Assembly (NCBI GenBank): GCA_964106915.2
Contig: OZ066920.1
Direction: 5' to 3' (one strand)
DNA: 64,000 nucleotides
Source of the DNA: Podarcis gaigeae
Taxonomy: Eukaryota
Below, piece by piece: positions 63,545 to 64,000 of the stretch. The notes below the pieces were generated by a model. It saw only the letters and a program-made list of their open reading frames with translations, searched no databases and was not told the origin of the DNA. Within the stretch, counting starts at the first letter, position 1, and the number at the start of each line of letters is the position of its first letter. Both the position numbers and the translations under genes were made by a program.

Positions 63545-63674
63545 CTAGCCTGCTGCGCCTGATCTCATCAGGAGAGACGGGTCTCAGTTTTCTTTCAGAC
63601 TTGATTTCTTCCAGTATTCTTTCATGGAGGCTACGTGGTCTTGGTGGGGTTGGTTTTAGTTTTCTTGCAGAGGC
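63545..63674 (-). CDS. SPIRE1: SPIRE1 coding exon (WH2 region; upstream exons lie outside the window)
   Basis: 130 nt, [43 protein letters not shown], containing a WH2 motif. Confidence 0.95.
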
Positions 63675-64000
63675 CTTGTGAACATTAATACAAAAGTAGA
63701 GAATTGATGCCAAACACTTCACAAGAGATGTGTACAGCAAATTATTATCATGGTGAAGTCTTTCATAAACTAAAACACACAGAGGGTTATGGGATGGATT
63801 CAGGCATTGATCCAGACAGGCTTATATAATAAACCTTACTGGTTCTGAACTAGATCAAATTCAAGATAGCAGGTCTGATAGACTTTGTTTCTTCATGTTG
63901 TTTCTCCTCAGTGCTCAATGCAAAGGCAGCTAATTTTTTGGTAGTAATTGTACTTGCCCCATTTAGAAATTAAAGTATTCCCCCACCCCCTTTCAAATAA

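Overview
Eukaryotic (vertebrate) genomic DNA, most likely from a squamate reptile, probably a lacertid lizard, judging by its repeats: mariner/pogo-type MITEs, tRNA-derived SINEs, and CR1, L2, BovB, Rex1 and Penelope-like fragments. It holds the conserved AFG3L2 - PRELID3A (SLMO1) - SPIRE1 block. AFG3L2 coding exons 1-6 lie on the - strand (ATG at 7283; the gene runs off the left edge). PRELID3A is complete on the + strand (ATG at 9277; 172 aa using the last exon at 16830-16883). The 3' half of SPIRE1 is on the - strand (11 coding exons, 63674 down to the stop at 34184). All exons were placed by hand from GT-AG sites and reading-frame continuity; orthologue comparisons are from memory. Most notable: (1) a second, PRELID3B-like terminal coding exon about 5 kb downstream in PRELID3A (21851-21943), implying two alternative C-terminal helices; (2) an intact 174-nt, 58-aa SPIRE1 exon C (the mitochondria-targeting Spire1C exon) in a non-mammal; (3) a pure (GGA)17 polyglycine tract in AFG3L2 exon 4; (4) a roughly 2-kb head-to-head AFG3L2/PRELID3A promoter region, with two inverted MITEs bracketing AFG3L2 exon 1; (5) Penelope-derived structures, including a 116-bp palindrome and a chimeric insertion carrying a CTCF-like motif between the convergent 3' ends. 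Most ORFs in the supplied track are spurious.
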